DNA of 64,000 nucleotides from assembly GCA_031361075.1 (NCBI GenBank), contig JANMCG010000007.1:252-64251 (forward strand), in the 5' to 3' direction. A program made the translations under genes and the position numbers. Below the pieces are notes generated by a model. That model saw nothing but the letters and a program-made list of their open reading frames with translations, had not been told where the DNA came from and made no database searches. The stretch comes from Novosphingobium sp. Its GTDB lineage: Bacteria > Pseudomonadota > Alphaproteobacteria > Sphingomonadales > Sphingomonadaceae. Shown here piece after piece: positions 20,852 through 28,688 of the stretch. Within the stretch, counting starts at the first letter, position 1; each line of letters starts with the position of its first letter.

Positions 20852-21744
20852 TGAGCCGCTCGAGCAACCTTCGCGGCGCGCCGCTGTTTCTGCGCCCTTC
20901 GGTGGTTCGCGCGTTGGTCGGCGACGTTGCCGCGATCCGCAAGGCGGTGGTTGAAGTGCCGCTCCTGCCAGTCAAGCTGGTCGATCGGCCGCGCGCATCG
21001 GAAGATCCGCGCCTAGCCAAGGCCAATGACGACGTAGCGGTGGAAGTGGCGGTAGTCGCAGAGCCGGAACCGATCGACGCGCCAGCGGCTCCCATGCCCG
21101 AGCATTCCGATCCGGACCTTGATCGACCTACGGTCGATGAGCCGCAGCAAACTCGGCTGCCGATGCACCCTATTCCCCATTGCGCAGGCGAGCCGATTGG
21201 GACAGTTTCCAACAAGCGCGTAGAGACAAAAACCAATGCCGATCAGTCAGAAGAATTTAGAAATCGCCCTGAGGAAGGTCGGGCTCGACCAGCCCGGGCC
21301 AATCCGCGCCGACGTGTACGACCAAAAGATTCAGGAAGCCCATCGGATCGCCGAGTTTCTGGATCGTCAGGATCATATGATCGCGATGGATCCGCTCGAT
21401 CTGGGCGACCTCCCGCCGCTGAAGCCAGCCTTCGGGAGCTAAGCAAGCCGGCCCCAAGTCCGGCCACGCCTAAGTCAGCCTTTGAATTGATGCCCTCGCG
21501 GTCGAGCGCCGAGCCGCGCAGTGCGCCTGCAGCTCGCCCACCATTACCACTTACTTTCGAAGCGCGCCGCGCGCGCCTCGAAGCCGCGATCGCGCACCTG
21601 AAGCGCCACTGCATTCTCGTTTCCGTGAGTGATCGCGACGCCCCCGTCCGCCTTTATCGCGTGAGCGGTCGGCGCGAGAGCAAGTTCGCTGAAGAGGTGA
21701 TCGAGATCGCCCAGGAATACGGCCTGGAGCTGACTCATGCCTAA
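20851..21744 (+). CDS. hypothetical protein with disordered middle region
   Basis: Coupled start; protein-like N- and C-termini; contains nested ORF 21236-21442. Confidence 0.5.
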   Translation: MSRSSNLRGAPLFLRPSVVRALVGDVAAIRKAVVEVPLLPVKLVDRPRASEDPRLAKANDDVAVEVAVVAEPEPIDAPAAPMPEHSDPDLDRPTVDEPQQTRLPMHPIPHCAGEPIGTVSNKRVETKTNADQSEEFRNRPEEGRARPARANPRRRVRPKDSGSPSDRRVSGSSGSYDRDGSARSGRPPAAEASLRELSKPAPSPATPKSAFELMPSRSSAEPRSAPAARPPLPLTFEARRARLEAAIAHLKRHCILVSVSDRDAPVRLYRVSGRRESKFAEEVIEIAQEYGLELTHA

Positions 21745-22195
21745 GGCGAAGTCGCACCCCGATCAGTTTGGCTTCCGGTTCGAGGCGCCGCGGATGTCGG
21801 ACAAGCCGGCTGCGTTGGCGGGTCTCGAATCCCAGATCGCCAGCGCTGTCGGCACAATCTTGAACAGCATAACCGAGCCCCGGGAAGTCACCGCGGCGAA
21901 GATGAGTGTTCTGCTCGCCGATCAGGTCAGCCGCCAGATGCTGGACGCTTACGCGAGTCCAGCTCGCGAAGGGCACAAGGTGCCGATGTCGCGATTCCTC
22001 GCGCTGGTCGCAGTCACCAAGCGGCACGATGTCCTTGACATTCTGATGCGCGAAATCGGCGCGGCGGTGCTGGTCGACGAAGAAATCCAGACCGCGCGGA
22101 TTGGCCAGCTGCAGCTGACTATCGACGAAGCCAACCGCGAGCTGAAGCGGCTCAAAGCCAGCGCACCATTGATCCGAGGGGGAAATCACGCGTGA
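21737..22195 (+). CDS. phage DNA-binding/transposition-associated protein
   Basis: VSRQMLDAYASPAREGH motif, of the kind found just upstream of MuA in alphaproteobacterial Mu-like phages. Confidence 0.7.
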   Translation: MPKAKSHPDQFGFRFEAPRMSDKPAALAGLESQIASAVGTILNSITEPREVTAAKMSVLLADQVSRQMLDAYASPAREGHKVPMSRFLALVAVTKRHDVLDILMREIGAAVLVDEEIQTARIGQLQLTIDEANRELKRLKASAPLIRGGNHA

Positions 22196-24162
22196 ATTCG
22201 TTGGCGGGGAAGATTGCGCGAAAAATCGAAAGCGGCGAACCGCAGGAATCGGGCCAGTCCTGGTTCACTGCGGCGGAGCTCGCCGAGCTGGCGTTGCCCG
22301 GCCTGGCCCGGGACAAGCGCTCGCTCAATCGCCGCGCACGCGAAGAGAACTGGATGCTGCGCTGCGCCAGTGATGGTTCCGCGCTCTCGCGGCCGCGGCT
22401 CGGCCGGGGCGGCGGCACCGAGTTTCATGTGTCCTTGCTGCCAGCTGCCGCGCGCATCGATCTTGCCGCGCGCGGTTTGACCGCGGCACCCGAATCCGCG
22501 CCTGCGAATGATGCGGCGGGAAGCTGGCGCTGGTACGAAAGCCAGAACGCCAAGGTCCAAACCGAGGCAATGCGCCGAGCGGCGATCATCGCCGAGATCG
22601 ATCTGCTCGAAGGCTCTGGCATGACGCGGACCGCGGCGATCGGGGCGAGCGCCACGCGCTACCGCACCGCAGCTTCAACGCTGTGGAACTGGCTGCGCCT
22701 GGTCGAAGGGGTCGCGCCGTCCGACCGGCTGCCTGCGCTTGCGCCGCGATTCCAGGGTGGCGGTAGCGAAGTCGATATCGACCCCCTGCTTTGGAGCGTG
22801 TTCAAGAGCGACTTCCTGCGCCCATCGGCACCGACATTGACCAGTTGCTACGCGCGCACCGCCGCGATCGCGGCTGAAAGAGGCCTCTCGATGCCCTCTG
22901 AGAGGACGCTGCGACGACGACTGGAGCGCGAAGTCGATCCGCGCGTCATCAAGCTGCGCCGCGAGGGCGAGGAAGCCCTGCGCCGCTCGCTGCCGAGCCA
23001 GCGCCGCCACGTTGAGGAATTGCACGCACTCGAATGCGTGAACATCGATGGGCACAAGTTCGACGTCTTTGTCCGCACTCCCGATGGCCGGGTCGTGCGC
23101 CCGATCATGGTGGCGATTCAGGACATTTACAGCCGCAAGGTCGTTGCCTGGCGCATGGGCGAAACCGAAAGCGCGGTGCTGACCCGGCTCGCCTTCGCCG
23201 ATCTGTTCGCCGACTTCGGCATCCCCAAAGCCTGCCTGCTCGATAACGGCCGCGCCTTTGCCAGCAAGTGGATCACCGGCGGCGCGAAAACCCGCTTCCG
23301 CTTCAAGATCAAGGCCGAGGAACCGACCGGGCTGCTGACCGGCCTCGGCATCGCGATCCACTGGGCGCTGCCCTATCGCGGCCAGTCCAAGCCGATCGAA
23401 CGCGCCTTCCGCGACCTGTGCGACACCGTCGCCAAGCACCCGGCGATGGAAGGTGCATACGTGGGCAACAGCCCGATGGCGAAGCCGGAGAACTATGGTA
23501 GCCGGGCGATCGACTGGCACGAGTTCAACGCTCATGTCGCGCGCGGGATCATCGCGCACAACGCCAAAATAGGCCGCCGCGGCGCTTCGTGCCGCGGGCG
23601 CAGCTTCGACCAGGTGTTCGCCGACAGCTACGCGGTCGCGCCGATCGGCAAGGCCAGCCCCGAGCAGCTGCGCATGGCGCTGCTCGCAGCCGAGCAGATC
23701 AAGGTCGACAGCCGCACCGGCGAAGTAAGCCTTTATGGCAACCGCTACTGGTCGGACGGCTGCGGCCAGCTGCACGGCAAGCGCGTGACGGTGAGGTTCG
23801 ATCCCGACAATCTCATGAACGAGGTCCACCTCTACGGCACCGACGGGCGTTACCTGACCAGTGCCCAGATCATCGCCGACACCGGCTTCCTCGACGCTGC
23901 CGGGGCCAAGGACGCCGCCAAGCGCCTGGCTGACTATCGCAAGCGCATTCGCGGCGCAGCCGACGCCGAGCAGCTGCTCGCCGCCGAGGAAGTCGCCCGT
24001 CTGCAGGTAGATGCCACGCCGATGCAAATGCCCGAACCATCGGTGCTGCGCCCGGTGCGCCACCGCGGAAACACGGCTGCGGCGCTCAAGCCAGCTCCGG
24101 CCCAGTCACAACACGAAACCAAAGTTTTCGCCGCGCTCGGCAAGTTGAGCGTCGTGGAATGA
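22192..24162 (+). CDS. Mu-like DDE transposase (MuA)
   Basis: N-terminal Mu DNA-binding domain (WFTAAELA...GRGGG); DDE residues in NIDGHKFD, LDNGRAF and KPIERAF; C-terminal VRFDPDNL. Confidence 0.96.
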   Translation: MNSLAGKIARKIESGEPQESGQSWFTAAELAELALPGLARDKRSLNRRAREENWMLRCASDGSALSRPRLGRGGGTEFHVSLLPAAARIDLAARGLTAAPESAPANDAAGSWRWYESQNAKVQTEAMRRAAIIAEIDLLEGSGMTRTAAIGASATRYRTAASTLWNWLRLVEGVAPSDRLPALAPRFQGGGSEVDIDPLLWSVFKSDFLRPSAPTLTSCYARTAAIAAERGLSMPSERTLRRRLEREVDPRVIKLRREGEEALRRSLPSQRRHVEELHALECVNIDGHKFDVFVRTPDGRVVRPIMVAIQDIYSRKVVAWRMGETESAVLTRLAFADLFADFGIPKACLLDNGRAFASKWITGGAKTRFRFKIKAEEPTGLLTGLGIAIHWALPYRGQSKPIERAFRDLCDTVAKHPAMEGAYVGNSPMAKPENYGSRAIDWHEFNAHVARGIIAHNAKIGRRGASCRGRSFDQVFADSYAVAPIGKASPEQLRMALLAAEQIKVDSRTGEVSLYGNRYWSDGCGQLHGKRVTVRFDPDNLMNEVHLYGTDGRYLTSAQIIADTGFLDAAGAKDAAKRLADYRKRIRGAADAEQLLAAEEVARLQVDATPMQMPEPSVLRPVRHRGNTAAALKPAPAQSQHETKVFAALGKLSVVE

Positions 24163-24235
24163 AAAGGCGCGCGAGGGTCTGCCGTCAAACCGATCCCCGC
24201 GCGCTGTCCCGTAAACAGAACGAAGGTCCATTATC

Positions 24236-25198
24236 ATGAACGATCCAGCAGTCACACCCATCGACATCCTCGAGCAGAAAAACTGGCTCCACGACCTGCG
24301 CGCGTCGAGCAATCTCAGCTGGACTGAGCTCGCCAAACGCACGGGTATCCCAACCGGCACGCTGAGCCAGTTCGGCAGCGAAAAAGGCTATGGCGGCAAC
24401 GAGCTGATGGTTGCCGAGAAGATCTACCGGTATCGCCAGCTGCTCGTCACGCAGGCCTCGATCGAGGTCGAGGCGCCCGAGACGCCGGGCTATTTCGAGA
24501 CCGAAACCAGCAAACAGCTGCACCAGGTGCTCGCCTACGGCCAGCGCGGCCGGATCGTGCTCGCAGCGATGGGACCGGGCACTGGCAAGACCAAGACCGC
24601 GCAGCATTTCAAGGCCTGTTATGCCAATGTCGTGCTGGCGACGATGGCCCCGTCATCGGCTGGCGTAAACACCATGCAGATCGAGGTGCTCGAAGCGTTG
24701 GGCGAGAAGAACCCGATCGGCACTCCGCAAAAACTCTCGCGCCGGATCAAGGAACTGCTCGCGTCGATGGCACTTCCGCTGCTGATCATCGACGAGGCGC
24801 AGCACCTTTCGGAAAAGTCGATCGAGGAAATCCGCAGCTGGCACGATGCGATCGGCTGCGGAATCGCGCTGTTCGGCAATGTCAGCGTGCTGCAGCGGCT
24901 TGAGGGCGGCAACCGCGCATCGGCCTTCGCCCAGCTTTACAGCCGGGTGAGCCTGAAGGTTGTGCGCCCGCTGCCGCTGCTCGGCGACATCGAGGCGCTG
25001 GCGCAGGCCTGGCAAATCTTCGATGAGAAGATCGTCGCGTACCTGCAGAAGATCGGCATGCTCCCGGGCGGGCTGCGCGGGCTGACCATGACGCTTGAAC
25101 TGGGCAGCATGATCGCCTCTTCGGAGCGCAGGCCGCTCGACATCGGGCATATCGTGGACGCGTGGGCGCAGCTGTCGTCGCGGGCGGTGGCATCGTGA
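24236..25198 (+). CDS. MuB-like AAA+ transposition ATPase
   Basis: N-terminal HTH, GPGTGKT and IIDEAQHL; follows MuA. Confidence 0.94.
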   Translation: MNDPAVTPIDILEQKNWLHDLRASSNLSWTELAKRTGIPTGTLSQFGSEKGYGGNELMVAEKIYRYRQLLVTQASIEVEAPETPGYFETETSKQLHQVLAYGQRGRIVLAAMGPGTGKTKTAQHFKACYANVVLATMAPSSAGVNTMQIEVLEALGEKNPIGTPQKLSRRIKELLASMALPLLIIDEAQHLSEKSIEEIRSWHDAIGCGIALFGNVSVLQRLEGGNRASAFAQLYSRVSLKVVRPLPLLGDIEALAQAWQIFDEKIVAYLQKIGMLPGGLRGLTMTLELGSMIASSERRPLDIGHIVDAWAQLSSRAVAS

Positions 25199-25356
25199 GC
25201 GCGCTGGTCCAGTCGATCCGGACATTCGCCGCAGAATACTCGGCCGAGTTCGATGTTTCGCTGCGCGAAATGATCGACGAGGCGCTGCTCGGCACGGCGA
25301 TATTGCTCACCGTGTTCGCCGCTTCGACGCTCGCGCTTGTGGCGTTCGGCAAATGA
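25195..25356 (+). CDS. small membrane protein
   Basis: GTGA/ATGA overlaps; C-terminal hydrophobic helix. Confidence 0.55.
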   Translation: MSALVQSIRTFAAEYSAEFDVSLREMIDEALLGTAILLTVFAASTLALVAFGK

Positions 25357-25745
25357 CCGCGCCTTGGTTCCCACCGCACCGGGCCGAGGTCAGTCTCATG
25401 GCGCAGCCACGGCTGCCTCGGCTCGATCCCGCGCTCGTGATGCAGCTCGCCCTGGTCGAGTTCCGGATCGACCGGATGGATCTGATCTCGGGCCGACGCG
25501 AGGCGCGCTTCATCAAGGCGCGCGCCTTCGTCGTTTGGGCGCTGCGTACGCTGGGTGAACCGCTTTCTTACCCCGAGCTGGCCCGCCTGCTCGGCAAGAG
25601 CTGCCACTCGGTTTCGATCAACCTGCACCAGCGCGCGATCGTGTTCCGGCTGTTCGACCCGCACTTCGCCGCCGCCTGCACCCGGCTCGCGCGGAGCGTC
25701 TGCAATGCAAAAAAGGAGGTCTACCATGGCGCAACCTGCCACTAA
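25353..25745 (+). CDS. DnaA domain IV-like HTH protein
   Basis: LISGRREARFIKARAFVVWALR...LSYPELARLLGKSCHSV. Confidence 0.7.
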   Translation: MTAPWFPPHRAEVSLMAQPRLPRLDPALVMQLALVEFRIDRMDLISGRREARFIKARAFVVWALRTLGEPLSYPELARLLGKSCHSVSINLHQRAIVFRLFDPHFAAACTRLARSVCNAKKEVYHGATCH

Positions 25746-26439
25746 CTTCGCGCGGCCAGCCACGTTCGACCGCAATATGCAGCATCGCCGGTCGATGCTC
25801 GCCAAGGTCCAGATCGCTCGCAAGGACCTCGCCATGGACGAGGACGACTACCGCCAGATCGTGTTCGACAAGACCGGGCGGACCAGCCTCAAGGAAGCCA
25901 GCGATGCCGAGCTGCACGCGGTGCTCGAGGTCATGAAGTCGAAGGGCTTCCGGCCGTCAGTCAGCCCGCGCCGCGCGTCGGCTGCAGAGCACCCGATGGC
26001 GCGCAAGGCGCGCGCGCTGTGGATCTCACTCCATCATCTTGGCGTGGTTCACAATTCTGCCGAGGAGGCGCTCGAAGCCTTCGCCAAGCGCCAGATCGGC
26101 TGTGACAAGCTGGTCTGGGCGCGCCAGTCCGACGCTTACAAATTGATCGAAGCGCTCAAGGATATGGCCATCCGAAACGGGTGGAAGCAGCACAACAGCG
26201 CAACCCAGAAGCCGCTCGAACCGCTCGGGCTGCAAATGGGCCTGTGCGACGCGATCCTGATCAAGCTGAAGGCAGCGGGCCACATTCCCGAGGATTGGTC
26301 GCTCGACAAGGCGGCGTGGAAGCTCTGCGGGATCGAAACCGCCCGCGAGCAAGCATGGAACATCGAAGACTACGCGCAGCTCGCCGCGAAGCTGGGCGCG
26401 GCGCTGCGCAAGATGGGAGGCGCAAATGGCCAGAATTGA
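25726..26439 (+). CDS. GemA (DUF1018) family regulator
   Basis: AKVQIARKDLAMDEDDYR...TGRTS...KARALW...LIEALK; RBS GGAGG. Confidence 0.88.
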   Translation: MAQPATNFARPATFDRNMQHRRSMLAKVQIARKDLAMDEDDYRQIVFDKTGRTSLKEASDAELHAVLEVMKSKGFRPSVSPRRASAAEHPMARKARALWISLHHLGVVHNSAEEALEAFAKRQIGCDKLVWARQSDAYKLIEALKDMAIRNGWKQHNSATQKPLEPLGLQMGLCDAILIKLKAAGHIPEDWSLDKAAWKLCGIETAREQAWNIEDYAQLAAKLGAALRKMGGANGQN

Positions 26440-26677
26440 GCAGCGGGTGATCGACGATGTCGGGGTCGCTCACAAAACCCCAGAGGCCGCAGCAGTGGCC
26501 GATCTGACCCGCGTACTTCTCGGCACCCGGGTTGGCTCCGGCGTAGTGAGCAGCGTAGCCACCCTGGTTATCGAGAACCGTGCAGAGATTGAGCGGATCT
26601 ACCCCGAGCTCGATGCCAACACCTCAGCATGCGCCGGGGAAGTCATTCGCTTGGTCAGCAAGAGGGCGGGCAAATGA
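26426..26677 (+). CDS. hypothetical protein
   Basis: RBS GGAGG; overlaps neighbours. Confidence 0.6.
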   Translation: MARIEQRVIDDVGVAHKTPEAAAVADLTRVLLGTRVGSGVVSSVATLVIENRAEIERIYPELDANTSACAGEVIRLVSKRAGK

Positions 26678-26766
26678 GCCGGGGCCGCATATGCATGCTG
26701 ATCGCCGTGGCGCTGTTCCTGTTTTGGGCTACCGTGGCAGTGCTGCTCGGCCGGCAGCTGGGCTAA
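26674..26766 (+). CDS. 30-aa single-TM peptide
   Basis: Manual translation MSRGRICMLIAVALFLFWATVAVLLGRQLG; ATGA overlap; fills the gap before mor. Confidence 0.5.
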   Translation: MSRGRICMLIAVALFLFWATVAVLLGRQLG

Positions 26767-26767
26767 G

Positions 26768-27172
26768 TTGAACGCGCCGATCGCCTCGACCGGGACGGGT
26801 TCGCGGATCCTCGACGACGTCGCCCAAGTTGTCGGCGGCAGCGCGGCATTCGCCCTGGCCCTCGAATTCCGGGGCCAAGGCTTTTACGTGCCGCTGGACC
26901 CCGCCAACGCACCGCGCATCAAGAAGGCGATCGGCGCGGATCTTACCAAGCAATTTTGCGCTGCATTCTGGCAGCTTACGCTCGATCTGCCGTTCCGCGA
27001 GGCAATACGCCGCGAGGCCCACCGACTGGCAGCTTGTGGCGAAACCAAGCGTGAAATTGCGCAGCGCCTTCATATTGCCGAACGGCAGGTGTATCGCCTG
27101 CTCGAATCGCCAGCCCGCGGCGATGGTCCCGCCGATCGCGCGAGCGACGATCGTCAGATCGAAATGTTTTAG
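26768..27172 (+). CDS. Mor/C-like transcription activator
   Basis: EFRGQGFYVP and C-terminal HTH EIAQRLHIAERQVYRLL; last gene before lysis. Confidence 0.82.
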   Translation: MNAPIASTGTGSRILDDVAQVVGGSAAFALALEFRGQGFYVPLDPANAPRIKKAIGADLTKQFCAAFWQLTLDLPFREAIRREAHRLAACGETKREIAQRLHIAERQVYRLLESPARGDGPADRASDDRQIEMF

Positions 27173-27192
27173 GCCGCGCTCGGGCGCCTACC

Positions 27193-27212
27193 TGTCAATC
27201 GACATATAACGG
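27193..27212 (+). promoter_or_regulatory. putative late-promoter activator site 1
   Basis: TGTCAATCGACATATAACGG; 18/20 identical to 38527-38546. Confidence 0.75.
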
Positions 27213-27242
27213 TCAGAGCTTAGCTCCACCTATCGGGCGAGG

Positions 27243-27917
27243 ATGAACTCGCCGAATCCGCAAACCCAGACCAGCGAGCCCGACGACATCGTCGTCATGG
27301 GCCGCACCCCGCGTTACAACGCCGCCGTCGATGACGTGCTTGGCACCGAGGGCGGCTTCGTCGACGATCCGGTCGACCATGGCGGGCCGACCTCTTTCGG
27401 GATCTCGCTGCGGTTTCTTGCGGCCGAGGGCGCGTTCGATAGCGATCACGACGGCAAGGCCGATTTCGATCTCGACATGGACGGCGATATCGACGGTCGC
27501 GACATTCGCCAGCTCACTCGCGGTGATGCGAAATTCCTTTACCAGCGGTGCTTCTGGAACGTGCTCGATGCCGACCGGCTGCCCAAACCGATCGGCGAGA
27601 TGCTGTTCGACCAGGCGGTCAACGGCGGGATCAGCGCGGCGCGCAAGCTGCTGCAGCGTGCGATCAACCACAGCCTCATGTCGGCACCGAAAGGGCTCAA
27701 TGCTCCGGCCCCGCTGAAAGTCGATGGACGGTTCGGCGACGCCAGCCAGGCCGCGATGAACTGGGTGTTACGAAACCCGGCTTTGGGCGTCTCGGCGCTC
27801 ACCGAGGATTTCCGCTCTGCGGTCCGTGAGCGGTACCGAGATATCGTGCGGCGCTACCCGTCACAGAACCGGTTTCTGCGCGGTTGGCTGGCGCGCGCAG
27901 AAAGGCTGGGGCGCTGA
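27243..27917 (+). CDS. endolysin, glycoside hydrolase family 108
   Basis: EGGFVDDPVDHGGPTSFGIS, FDQAVNGG, VDGRFG and FLRGWLAR. Confidence 0.92.
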   Translation: MNSPNPQTQTSEPDDIVVMGRTPRYNAAVDDVLGTEGGFVDDPVDHGGPTSFGISLRFLAAEGAFDSDHDGKADFDLDMDGDIDGRDIRQLTRGDAKFLYQRCFWNVLDADRLPKPIGEMLFDQAVNGGISAARKLLQRAINHSLMSAPKGLNAPAPLKVDGRFGDASQAAMNWVLRNPALGVSALTEDFRSAVRERYRDIVRRYPSQNRFLRGWLARAERLGR

Positions 27918-28444
27918 TGTTCGGCATTTCCACATTCCGCCTGATCGGATCGATCGGCGCAGGCTTGGCGCTTCTCGCCACGGTTTGGCTGGTCAAGGAT
28001 CGCTTCCACCAAAAGGGGCTGGCTGACAACGCAGCGAGCTGCGCCAAGGCCGCAGCAGCACCGGGTGATGACAAGCCGCTCGATAGCTGCCTGCCCGAGG
28101 TCAAGGCCGAGGTGCAGGCGGCGCGCCAAGCGCGAGTATGCGAGGCCGCCTTACTGCCCCAGCTGCTCCCCGAGACGCGCTTTGCAATGAGCCAGGCATG
28201 CGGCGCCGGGGTCAAGCGCCTGGTCGCCGCTGGCGATGCTGCAGCGGCCGATCGCGACGATCTCGCCGGCCAGCTCAAGACGGATCAGGACAAAGCGCTT
28301 CTCGCGATCGGCCGGGCAGAAACCCGTGCCGGCCACCAACAGGAAAGGGACGAACATGCGCGAGCAGCCATTGCTGCGGCACCGCGTGACGCTGGCGGTA
28401 GCATCCATTGCGATGCTGAGTGCCTGCGCAAGCTCGGTCAGTAA
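27917..28444 (+). CDS. inner-membrane spanin (Rz-like)
   Basis: N-terminal TM helix then Ala-rich helices; follows endolysin. Confidence 0.7.
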   Translation: MFGISTFRLIGSIGAGLALLATVWLVKDRFHQKGLADNAASCAKAAAAPGDDKPLDSCLPEVKAEVQAARQARVCEAALLPQLLPETRFAMSQACGAGVKRLVAAGDAAAADRDDLAGQLKTDQDKALLAIGRAETRAGHQQERDEHARAAIAAAPRDAGGSIHCDAECLRKLGQ

Positions 28445-28688
28445 ACGCCCTGAGGTCGCTGCTGACCCGGTGATCGTCACCCGCACGGTAACCCGCAGCA
28501 TCTGCCCGCCCGAGCTGCGCCTGCCGCTCGGCGCGCGGCCGGTTCCGGGTGCTGGTGCTCAGATCGATGGCAACCCGGCCGGGATGGCATGGCTGCAGGC
28601 GATCCTCTCGCGGCTCGGGCTGGTCGAGGACCGCATGGCCGACGCCGCCAAGGAATGCGCGCCAGGCGCGACTGAAGGAACACGATGA
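28356..28688 (+). CDS. outer-membrane spanin lipoprotein (Rz1-like)
   Basis: Lipobox LSA-C; Pro-rich; overlaps the 3' end of the i-spanin gene. Confidence 0.75.
   Translation: MREQPLLRHRVTLAVASIAMLSACASSVSKRPEVAADPVIVTRTVTRSICPPELRLPLGARPVPGAGAQIDGNPAGMAWLQAILSRLGLVEDRMADAAKECAPGATEGTR

Noticed and set aside
22675-24063. Long antisense ORFs (also 33180-34556, 36371-37822, 54900-56441 and 6470-7624)
   Set aside because: Shadow frames of well-supported genes in high-GC DNA; no motifs or RBS
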